Positions 35,781 to 45,707 of a DNA stretch of 64,000 bases are shown in pieces. The notes under the pieces are model-generated. The model was given only the letters and a program-made list of their open reading frames with translations. It made no database searches and was not told the DNA's origin. How positions within the stretch are numbered: the stretch's first letter is position 1; the number at the start of each line of letters is the position of its first letter. Source of the stretch: Lophium mytilinum (lineage: Eukaryota); the NCBI GenBank assembly GCA_010093605.1, contig MU004181.1, forward strand, positions 682,001 to 746,000, written 5' to 3'. Both the position numbers and the translations under genes were made by a program.

Positions 35781-36659
35781 ATGACCGCAAATCCAGAATC
35801 TTGCCTTATGGCCGCGCCAGCAGAGATACGTCAGCGGATCTTGCAGAACCTCTCCACCACCGAGATTCGCATTAAGGAAAATGGTGACATCTCCAACATG
35901 CCGTGGCAGGTGCTATCTGTGTGCAAGCTACTCAAAGAGGACGTTGACGCAATTCAAAAGCTCTGGATTCCCCTTCAAGACGCCAAGTTCCTTGTCACTT
36001 CACCCGGAGTTCTCCGCCTACTCCCTTCCATGATCGAACAACTGAAGAAGAAAGCTACTGGGCTGAATAAGGAGTGGAGCGGATTTCAAGAGGTCGAATT
36101 CGTCATTTTCCACCAGAATGCCATCATGCAAGCTAGCTGGATACCCAATGACACAAAAAATCTGCCACAATATGTGCTGAAGGCCATTGGGGTAGTTGGG
36201 GAATGGGCTTTGGCCCAACACACTCTGGCGCTTGTTCTGGATCCCAAGGTCACCAAAACCGTCAAAGTCGACATCACGATCACCGAAGACAGCAGCGAAT
36301 ATCTCCGAGATTGGTCGCGAGCACATTGGCGCCATATACTACTTGCGGTTGTCTGTGTATTTTCGGGGGTTGCGAGGGAATATAATAGTGGGTCCAATGA
36401 TTACAACTTCAAGCTGCATAAACTCCGCGCTCTGGCAGCCGCATGCAAAGGCTCCGTCGCCTCTGTAGTCGCTGAGAACGCTGCCGCTGCCGCATCCGCG
36501 GCTGGCACCGGGGAGACGGTCGACCAGATGGAGGGCCGGAAGGGGGACTCGAGACTTGAGTTCGCGGGCAAGCTTCCGAAGGAGCACAGGGCGGTATTCG
36601 AAAGCCAGTTTTCGAGTAGTTGGGTACATATCTATGAGGGGGCTATAGATTGGATCTGA
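35781..36659 (+). CDS. Uncharacterised F-box-like family protein, paralogue 2 (intronless)
   Basis: SCLMAAPAEIRQRIL...PWQVLSVCKLLKEDV...LWIP...WSGFQEVEFVIFH. Confidence 0.85.
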   Translation: MTANPESCLMAAPAEIRQRILQNLSTTEIRIKENGDISNMPWQVLSVCKLLKEDVDAIQKLWIPLQDAKFLVTSPGVLRLLPSMIEQLKKKATGLNKEWSGFQEVEFVIFHQNAIMQASWIPNDTKNLPQYVLKAIGVVGEWALAQHTLALVLDPKVTKTVKVDITITEDSSEYLRDWSRAHWRHILLAVVCVFSGVAREYNSGSNDYNFKLHKLRALAAACKGSVASVVAENAAAAASAAGTGETVDQMEGRKGDSRLEFAGKLPKEHRAVFESQFSSSWVHIYEGAIDWI

Positions 36660-36972
36660 AGTGTGTGGGCGTAAGATCTGTGTACAGTGCGAGAGACTTC
36701 GCGGTACTTCTAGAGGCTCGAGTGAGATGGAAGTTTCATCTGTCTGGATAGTGCGTAAGCTCGGCTGGGGGCGCCCAGCGGCTGGGGTTTGAATGACTGA
36801 CTGCGGTTGGGTTCATTAGTTGGGAACGGAATTGCGTAGCTAGATGTATAGCAAGGCTAAGTGCATCCTTTCTAAGTCTAATACTATCTATGCTTTCCGT
36901 TTCCAGCAGCTTTTTATCGGCTATTGTATTACCATCTACATGCTTACGTGAATATAAGCATACTGAAACTAG

Positions 36973-37472
36973 GACGAGCTCAATTGCCACCCCCTTTCCT
37001 CTTCCTATTTCTACCCCGAGCTTTAGCGTAGCTCCGGCTAGGAAAAACTTTCTTTCGCCAACAAGAAGCTGAATTACTGAACTCCAATGCGCGATCTACA
37101 TTAACCTATGCTCCACCGTCCGGTTATGCCACTCCGTTTATGTTCCCTCTCTACAGCCGCCACGCATCTAGAAGCGAGAACTAAAGTGTACTAGCTCTTA
37201 AGAATGGCTCTTAGGCTGCTTGTAAGGAGGGGAGTAGCTTGTAGTAATGGGCCTGCAGGAGGATAGCTAGGCAAATTCCGTCTTGATCAAGGTTCTACGG
37301 ATAGCGGGCGCATAGGCGGGGTAGTCAAGCCGGTATAAAGCTATCCATTTACTCTTGTAGTGTTGTAGACTTAGAGCATCGAATTGGTGGACCAAAGTTA
37401 GTACGGACCGAAGCTAGGCCAAATTTAGGGGCGGGGATAGGAAGATAAAAGGGAGTGGTAATTAAGCTCGTC
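36973..37472. mobile_element. Non-autonomous TIR element (MITE/Mutator-like), ~500 bp, degenerate
   Basis: 36973-37037 (GACGAGCTCAATTGCCACCCCCTTTCCTCTTCCTAT...) is the reverse complement of 37408-37472 at roughly three-quarters identity, mostly transitions; non-coding TA-rich interior; no target-site duplication seen. Confidence 0.65.
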
Positions 37473-37995
37473 GCCCGCCAGCGACAGTAAAGCCTTCGAC
37501 GCAACAGTGCTCGCCCACTGCCTCTGGTACTTCCCCTCCCCCTTGCTCATCCTTTCCACCTTCCGCGTCCTCAAGCAGCACAGCAAGCGTCTTCTCCTTA
37601 CCGAGTGATCGTTGGTAGCGACGTACCCCTCTGCCCAGCCTCACGTACTAGCCGCGCTCACCCAGGCAGCGCCAGAGTGCCGTAAGCCTAAGAGCGTCTC
37701 GAACGTCCGCACGGTGCTGGGGCCACAGCGGCTTACCGAGCTGGCCGTGGCTACCGGTGGCGGCTGGAGAGTGAGGCGCGCCTGCAGGGTGGGGAGGGGT
37801 TGCTGGACGGGTAATGGGAATCCTGTTTGTCTTTCGTCCTCTTTTGAAAGGGAAGTAGAAGAGCTCGTGAGTGATGAGAGGGAACGCGGGGTGGTTCTTG
37901 CGTTGCAGAATGCGTGTGAGGCGAGCTTGGAGAATGTGCCAGGGGGTCGGAAGGGAGTTAGAGTGATGAATTTTTGGGCGGCTAGTTTCGTCTGA
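37473..37995 (+). pseudogene. 5'-truncated SAM-dependent methyltransferase pseudogene (ustM-like family)
   Basis: KAFDATVLAHCLWYFPSP...KRLLLTE*SLVATYPSAQPHVLAAL; in-frame TGA at 37606; frameshifted segment GWRLESEARLQGGEGLLDG*WE; SAM-binding N-terminus absent. Confidence 0.7.
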
Positions 37996-38053
37996 TCGGA
38001 CGATCTGAGCGAGTTGGACGGAATAAGTTGGACCCTATTGTTGGTTGCTGCAT

Positions 38054-38394
38054 TGAGACATTTCAGAGGTAAACGTAGCATTTCCGTGCTATCTAGTACC
38101 GCAGAACATGGAGTCAATCGCTTCTGGGAGCTCTGCACTGCTGGACTTATCGATATAGCATATGCCTACCCTGTAATAGCCTAAGCCATTACGCCGAGCT
38201 TGTCGTGCACAAAACAGACTCTTGTTGTAACTGGTGTCGCCCTTCCCTTTGCCAGTTATCAGGCCGTCGAGGGTGACTTCTTTCTCCTCCTCCCAGGTAT
38301 ACGAAAGTGTCGCCTAAGGAGGGATCTTCTCGTTATCGGTCAAGTCTTCGGTTATACAAAAACCGCCATCGCTTGCATACTTCAAAATTCGCAT
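38054..38394 (-). pseudogene. Truncated HET-domain (HET-E-type N-terminus) pseudogene
   Basis: MRILKY...EKIPP*ATLSYTW...EVTLDGL...FCARQARRNGL...ICYIDKSSSAELPEAIDSMF then a frameshift to CYVYL*; matches the HET consensus PYAILSHTW / CCIDKSSSAELSEAINSMF. Absent from the ORF track. Confidence 0.85.
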
Positions 38395-38812
38395 CGCGTT
38401 GCGCAACGTAGGCAGAGATTGTAAACTGAAGCGGTAGAAGAAGGTTAGGAAGCCTTGGGCGGAGCAGGATTGACTGAGAATGCCAATTCCTTCAGCTAAT
38501 CACCACGGCTGGAGATGTGGGAATTATAGGACAGTAAGGTATATTAAGTCGCGCATAGGCCTGGGTAGTGCTTGCGGAAGATGGTAAACGTATAGTCGAT
38601 AGCTGAACGTATGATATCAAGTCTTGATGGATTCAGGCGAGCTCGTTTTGCACTTGATCTGCGTCGGAGCGAATACGATCTTGGGATAGCAGGAACAGGA
38701 CGAAGGTATTCTTGAGCATGTTTTGGCGGTATAATACGATAACTCGATGTGAATGGAATGTGTTCGCTTTAGCGGCACCTATGTATAATGCGCTGGAAGG
38801 TTGTGTGGCTCT

Positions 38813-39751
38813 TCACCCTAGAAGATGCTCGCAGGTCTTGAGTGTGAAAAGCTGCTTCACTTTTCCTCCTAGAACTTCTGAACTGGAGGGTCTCGACAAA
38901 TTACTGTCCCATCCGAGCGCGCCGAAAGGAAAGACTGTAGCATCGTAACCCAAGGTACCATTTTGAATAAGTAAAGGAACAAAATGGTGGACAGAGGCAA
39001 CCGCAAATTCAAGGAAGAGGATCGTTCTCATCAACCACCCCCATTGATTGGTTGCACCTCTTAGAATGCTGGCAAATGAAGTGCAACGTGCCACGTCAAA
39101 TTTGACGATGGAAGTGCCATCCAGGTTCAAAGCCGGATAGAGAAAGGGCATGCAATCTTGCCACACTAGTTCCGTACAGTAGATCTCAGCGACGTGCTCG
39201 ACCTCCGTGTTGGGCAGCTCTGTTTCTGATGATTTTCGAGTACGAAGTAGTTCTCTAATGTATCGTTTGCAGCGAATTCGTATGCATTCCGATGTGGCTA
39301 GAAACCCAGGGTATCTCGAATCCTTCCTGGCTTCCTCAAGTGCGTCAGGGTGAAAGATATCCAGTTCCACTTCCTTAAAGTACCCCCATTCTTGACTATC
39401 TTGAGCAAGCTTATTTCTCAGTCGGAGGATAGCAGCAGGGACTTGCCTCATCTCAGCGGGTGAGTTGAGGCGGAGGACGGTGCATTTTGAAGGCATCCAG
39501 AGTCTTTGAAGCACCTCCATGTCTTCCCTGAGTAGCTGGCACACATTTTCCAAGTCAGGGGGCGAGCAAATGATATCGCCTTTGTGATCAATTCTAGCAA
39601 CATCGAAGAAATGCGAGAGGATTTGTTGGCGGATTTCGGCGGGTGCGGCGAGAAAAGGGGACTTCACATTGTTGAACTCAGAGCCGAGTCCGGTGGAATG
39701 CGTTTCGTTCGTAGAGCAGGCTGGAGTGGCCATGAACTCGGATCTGGACAT
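38813..39751 (-). CDS. Uncharacterised F-box-like family protein, paralogue 3 (intronless)
   Basis: SPFLAAPAEIRQQIL...VCQLLREDM...LWMP...SPAEM...WGYFKEVELDIFHPDAL; first ATG at 39751. Confidence 0.8.
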   Translation of the reverse strand: MSRSEFMATPACSTNETHSTGLGSEFNNVKSPFLAAPAEIRQQILSHFFDVARIDHKGDIICSPPDLENVCQLLREDMEVLQRLWMPSKCTVLRLNSPAEMRQVPAAILRLRNKLAQDSQEWGYFKEVELDIFHPDALEEARKDSRYPGFLATSECIRIRCKRYIRELLRTRKSSETELPNTEVEHVAEIYCTELVWQDCMPFLYPALNLDGTSIVKFDVARCTSFASILRGATNQWGWLMRTILFLEFAVASVHHFVPLLIQNGTLGYDATVFPFGALGWDSNLSRPSSSEVLGGKVKQLFTLKTCEHLLG

Positions 39752-40648
39752 AGTGGGGCGCGTGTTGTTCGCAGGGTATTTTGCAACGGCGTGTGCAAGC
39801 TCTTCAAGCTCAGTTATGTTGTGGTAAGAAACTGCTGAGTAGGCGGGGGAAGTACGAAGCTGTGGAGAGATGTAACCTGAAGCGAGCGCGTGCCAGGAAA
39901 TAAGTATGTATTTGTAGGTAGTGCTTGGAAGATCTGGCCTCAAGAATGATTCGTTCAGCCATGGAAATTTGTGGTACACTGGGTATGTGCCAGTGGTTTG
40001 ACGATGCGTGAACCGTGGTAGAGATGTCAGGATTTCCTACTGCGGCACAGGGTTCCAATCACAGAATTCAGCATCAGTGACTGCAAGGTTCTAGGTGTCT
40101 TTCTTAGTTTGAACACTCCTGATATGCGAGATGACGGATGTAGAGAAGAGACTAGTTGACCGCGTGGTTGGGGAAATAAATATTATCACCAACTGTCTCA
40201 AAGCTCTACCGATTCAAATACTTGCTTTATATGCACATTGCCCGACAAAACAAGATTTGCTAATGTTAACTATGGTACCCTACATGGGGCGCCTGTTAAT
40301 TAGACTTACAACTCCAGTTATCTGAAACATGAAACCCCGTCACGTGCCTTGGCCCTAACACCAAAATCATGTCTCAAGGAAACTATTAAATCGACTTCTG
40401 ACTGTTTTAGTAAGTTTATTTGAGGAACACTATGAATTAAAAAGCCTGTTGTAAGTTGAAGACTGTCACGTGACTGCTTATAAATTAGTCGTCTCCGTCC
40501 GCCGTCGCGGCGGGCGACACGAGTAGTCTCTACTTTGCCCAAGATGTCAGCCCGCCGCACCTCACTCCATCATATTCTAGCTTCCGGCGAGCAAGAAAAA
40601 AGGGTTTCTATTCTGTGCAGAAAATTTGCGCTCGGCATCGATGTCACG

Positions 40649-42962
40649 ATGTCTGCACCATCGCCATCTGCATCTCCTCAGGCCGTTCCTTTCAATCGAG
40701 AAGCGGGCCACAAGCGGAGGAAGCTCCGTAAAGGCACTCATAGCTGTTGGTAAGCATAGCTCTCATGCCGCAAGATACGTGGAGTTCGCCTGCTCAGACC
40801 TGCGTAGGGAATGTAAGCGGCGGAAGATCCGATGTATCTTTGCTTCTCCTGACGATGAGACCTGCGCCAATTGTCGGCGCAGAGGTACAGCCTGCGCTGG
40901 ACAAGAATTACCACAAACACTCCCCCCGGCTCAGGAACACCACCGTTCAATCGGTGAGGGAATCTTGAAAGTGCAAACCCTGCTCAGCGACTTGGCCAGC
41001 AAGCTCAACGCAGACGCATCTGACGCCGGTAAACTCGATACCTCTAACTGCGGCGATAGCCCTCCTACCACCAGGGCTACCATCCCTATAACACCTTCTA
41101 GCAATGCTGATACAATCTCCGGAACTGCGAGTGCCCATATTTCCCTATCGAGCAACGAGGAGGGTATCTCAGCCTCGCTGGTCGCCGCTTTCCCTTCGCC
41201 TGAAGACACAGAGACTCTCCTAATCTCAAGCAAGAGCATGTCATTTTGCTGCCAAATGATCAACTCAGAGTGGCAGTGCATGATGACAAAGAAGGAATAC
41301 GAGGAGCCACCCATTAAAACACCCCCTATGCCAAACTCGAAAACACATCCGGTTATTTTGGCTAGACTAATGCTCGCTTGTGCTGTTTTTCTGCAGAGTG
41401 CTTGGTACCATCGTCACTACACGTTCTCTGAATCTCCACATATCATCAAAGAAAGATTGGCAACCGCAGCCATCAAGTTGGTGACTACGAACAGCGAACT
41501 ACACGGAACCTTAGACAGCCTCGAGTGCATAATGATGGAGGGCCTGTTCCACACCCATTCAGGAAACCTTCGGCGAGCGTGGACGGTGTATCGAACAGCT
41601 ATGTCGTCAGCCCAATTGATGGGAATGCACCGTTCCCCAAATCATCCATTGAATTCAATCGACCCCGAAGCTATCTTCCACCCTGAGTTGATGTGGGTAC
41701 GTATTGTCTACATGGACCGCTATCTGTCTCTGCTTCTTGGTCTTCCGCAAGGCACGAATGCCAATGTTAGCAGCGCACTAACGCCTTCACTACTGGGATC
41801 TGAGCCGCCGATCCGAAAGCTTCAGCGATCGCTTTCCACCATTGCGGGAAAAATCTTAGAACGCAACGAACTTGGCCTCTCCTCCTACAGCCAAGACCAG
41901 GTTATTGATGCAGAACTACTCAAAGCATCTCAAAGCATGCCCGGTGACTTTTGGAGACCACCCAACTACGACAGCGGACCGCTGGGATCCTTTGCAGAGT
42001 GCCAAGAGACCATCCGCCTCATCTCACAAGTCTTCTACTTTTATCTGCTCAATCAGCTGCACCTCCCGTATATGCTCAGTTTCATCCATAGCGATCGTTT
42101 TCGGAATGTAGACCGGCACGAAGATTATTCCACCATCACCTGTGCCAATGCCAGTCGCGAGATTCTCAACCGCTTTATCGCGTATCGAAACGTCAATCAT
42201 ATGGCCTTATGCTTCCGACCTGTGGACTTCACGACTCTCACGGCAGTCTTAACACTACTACTTGCTCATCTAGATATTCATCTCTCGCTTTCCCAAGCAG
42301 AAGCGTCTCCGGTGGCGAAAAACTTTTTGGCACATCAGCGTCTAAGCGACCGGATCCTGCTGGAACAGGTCCTGCAGAAGCTGGACTTCGTTAGTAAATA
42401 TCACAACGACGCGATGAGCATTGAGTGTGCGAAATTGATGCGATCACTGCTCAAGATCGAGGCTGCGGCGGCCCAGGGCGAGGAATATCATTGGACGCCG
42501 ACCGGAACACAGCAAAAAGACTCAGGCATTGCAGCGTCTGATGAACAGGATGGGAGTGATATAGTGCTTCAGATTCCAATAGCTTGCCTCGGCGACATTC
42601 GCATTTCACGCAGGGGATGCATCTCAAAAGTATTTTCAGATAACGGGGCCAAATGTAAGCATCCTCGTGCTAGCGGAATGGACGGCGATGCATCGACAGG
42701 AGCACCCCTTGGTCAACCTTCTGGTGTGAATATATCCAAGGTTCCTGATGGGAACCAACAACAGCTCTGGGACATGTCGAACCTGACTGCGGATCAAGGC
42801 GAGGGCTATGTGATTGAGCAAATGCGCCGAGACGCGAACCCCACTACTATCAGTGGCATAGAAGATTGGGCACTTCAGGGTGTGGACTTGGCTTTCTTCG
42901 ACACTCTGATGATGAATGGACTAGCACCTTTTGATCAAAGCCTTGAAGGCCCTCCACGTTAG
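40649..42962 (+). CDS. Zn(II)2Cys6 transcription factor with fungal-specific TF domain
   Basis: KRRKLRKGTHSCW|ECKRRKIRC...CANCRRRGTAC split by an intron at ~40750-40808; GNLRRAW...AQLMGMHR...MDRYLSLLLGLP. Confidence 0.93.
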
Positions 42963-43072
42963 AATACAGTGATCAGCTATTCAGCGTATAGCTTTAGGAA
43001 GTCATTGGAAGAGTCACTTTTTGAGCACGAATATGGCGCCAGCCTCAACTAACATACTTCCAGATAATCGGG

Positions 43073-43200
43073 CTTCCGCCGCGCGGCGGAAGAACAGGGT
43101 ATTTTCAATACGATCGACACTAAAACCCAAGGATTTATAATTGATTCAGTTTTGAACCTCGTGAATCTCGCGAAAATGTGAGCTTCCGCCGCACGGCGGA
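43073..43200. promoter_or_regulatory. Two palindromic CCGCCG-N2-CGGCGG sites upstream of the MFS pump (candidate Zn2Cys6 binding sites)
   Basis: Perfect 20-bp palindrome CTTCCGCCGCGCGGCGGAAG at 43073-43092 and TCCGCCGCACGGCGGA at 43185-43200, both followed by GGTATT...AATACGAT. Confidence 0.65.
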
Positions 43201-43439
43201 CAAGCAGGTATTATTGCTAATACGATGAGCATGGGCGTCCAACTCGTTTTACATTACTTAAGGTCCAGCTCCACGCAGTGGTTGTTTTTCCCACAATCAA
43301 GCTGGCCAGAACTCGCACTCATATGCCAATCCTCAATTACTGTTCGCAAATTATCCAGAATCTCCTTTTCACCAGAATCTCAACGAATTCTTCCGTGGGT
43401 TGTTTTGCTTCGCACTACCAGATCCACCGGTCCGGTAAC

Positions 43440-45242
43440 ATGGAGTCCCCCAGCCTCAATACGACCAGCGGGTCCCTCTCGCCAACAAAGTCGAACACCA
43501 TCAGCGGTGATGAAAGAAAGACGGACTATGATAATGCCGCAGAAAAGGAGAGCGGCAAGCTCTCCCCAGAGATGCACGAGCCTGCCGCGAAGCCACACGG
43601 AGTTCAATTGACCTTGATCATGACTGCTGTCCTCATGACTCAGTTCTTAGTATCACTCGACCAGGTACGTAGCTGTGTCCTCCCGCGGTACTACACCACA
43701 CAAACTAATTAACTTATCATCCCAGACCATTGTAGCCACCGCCATTCCTCGCATCACAGACGAATTTCATGGCCTGGATAAGGTCTCCTGGTACGGATCC
43801 GCATACTTCATGACCTTCAGCGGTACTCTTCCTTGCTGGGGAAAGGCACTCATCTACTTCCGGTTGAAATGGATCTTTTTGTTGGCCTTGTTCATCTTCG
43901 AGGTTGGCAGTTTGATCTGCGCCGTTGCACCCAACGCCGAGACACTGATCGTTGGGCGAGCGATCGCAGGTGTTGGGTGTTCTGGGGTCGGTACCGGTGC
44001 CTTCTTAGTCGTTGCGCTCGCAGCTGAACCCCGAAGACGTGCCCAGCTTATCGGCCTACTGATCTCAACCTATGGCATCGGCGCAGTCTGCGGGCCTCTC
44101 ATTGGAGGCGGCTTTACGGCCACTGTGTCCTGGCGCTGGTGTTTCTATATTAACCTTCCTGTAGGGGGACTTGCCGCGCTCTTTACCGTCCTATCTTTCA
44201 ACATCCACGTGGAACCACTTAAGGCGAGCTTCAAAGAGAAAGTACTCCAGCTAGACCTTGTTGGAGCGGCGGTTCTCATGGGCGGCATCATAGCCTTCAT
44301 CCTCGCGCTTCAGTACGGCGGACAAACCATGGCATGGAACAGCAGCACAGTGATCGGGCTACTCGTCGGTTTCGTTCTGATATTTGCAGCCTTTCTATTG
44401 TGGGAGGCATTCCAAAAAGAGCGAGCTATGATGATTCTGCGTCTGTGTGCTCAGCGCGCCATCTGGGTTGGCAGCACCTTCCAGTTCCTCTATGGGGCAT
44501 CCTACTTCATTGGCCTCTATTACCTGCCCATCTATTTCCAGAGCGTCAGGAACGTCAGCCCTTCGGAGTCCGGAATACGCAATCTCCCCTTGGTTTTGAG
44601 TTTTGGTATTTCATCTATTACTGGCGGCTTGGCACTCTCCAAATTCGGCCACGCCGTACCGATGATGGCTGTAGGATCTTCCCTCGCGACTGTGGCTTGC
44701 GGCCTCTTCTACACGCTTGACGCGAGTACTACCACGGGCCAGTGGATTGGATTTCAGATCTTGGCGGGAGTGGGATGGGGCGTCTGCTGGCAATGTACTA
44801 TGGCTATAGCACAGGAAGGCCAGGAACCGGCAGATCTGCCATCGATAACATCCATTGTTCTTCGTAGGACTCCCTTTTTTCACCTTCCTAGCCTCTTAGA
44901 ACTTCGACTAACCCTATTTCAGTATTCCAGATCCTCGGCGGAGCTTTCGGTATCTCTATCGCGCAGTGCGCCTTCAACAACACGATGATCGAACATGTCA
45001 TTTCGAGCTTGCCTGGAATCGATCCAAGTTTAATATTGGGCACGGGCGCAACGGAAATCAGGACCGTGTTTAAGGCACAAGAGATCTTCGCTATCGTGTC
45101 GGCTTATATTGCTGGTCTCCGGGTCGTCTGGGGCCTCATGGTCGGCTTTGCTGGCTGCGCGTTCTTCGTTGGCTTGATGAGTCACTGGAAGAGACTTTAC
45201 CAGCATGAGGGTGCAAATTCTGGGACGCAACACATGGCCTAA
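43440..45242 (+). CDS. MFS drug:H+ antiporter (DHA2, 14-TM toxin-efflux type), 3 exons
   Basis: FLVSLDQ|TIVATAIPRITDEF, WYGSAY, IVGRAIAGVG, GPLIGG, SWRWCFYINLPVGG, YYLPIYFQSV. Confidence 0.95.
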
Positions 45243-45707
45243 GACTCTCAGTGGTAGCGGTGGCTTAGCAGATGAATGGGTACACCAAAGGGACAGCTTT
45301 TCGTCCAGTAACATGGCTTTGATTCCAGACCTATGCTGAACTTTTATAGAAGTAGAGACGGAGGAAGTAACTTACGTGTGTTTGACATTGCGTAGACAAA
45401 ACGTTTGGAGGCTCCAGAAGAGCCCTTGGAGGAGTGGGCTGTAGGTGTAGCTAAGATGGGGTTGTACATAGAGTGGAAAGGGGGTGTATAAATAGTAGTT
45501 TATTTGCTCAAATCCAACCTAATTCATGCTCCTTGAAACATGTTCACATGAGATCACGTATGGGGAGGGTATGGCAAATAGTACCGAGCTCCAGTTTTGT
45601 ACTATTCAAGATAATGGTGAAAGAATGAAACCCGGGATCTACATTTCGTACAATTGCAGCTTTCGAAAACGGACAACCACTCCTTCAGACAACACCGCTC
45701 GATCTTC

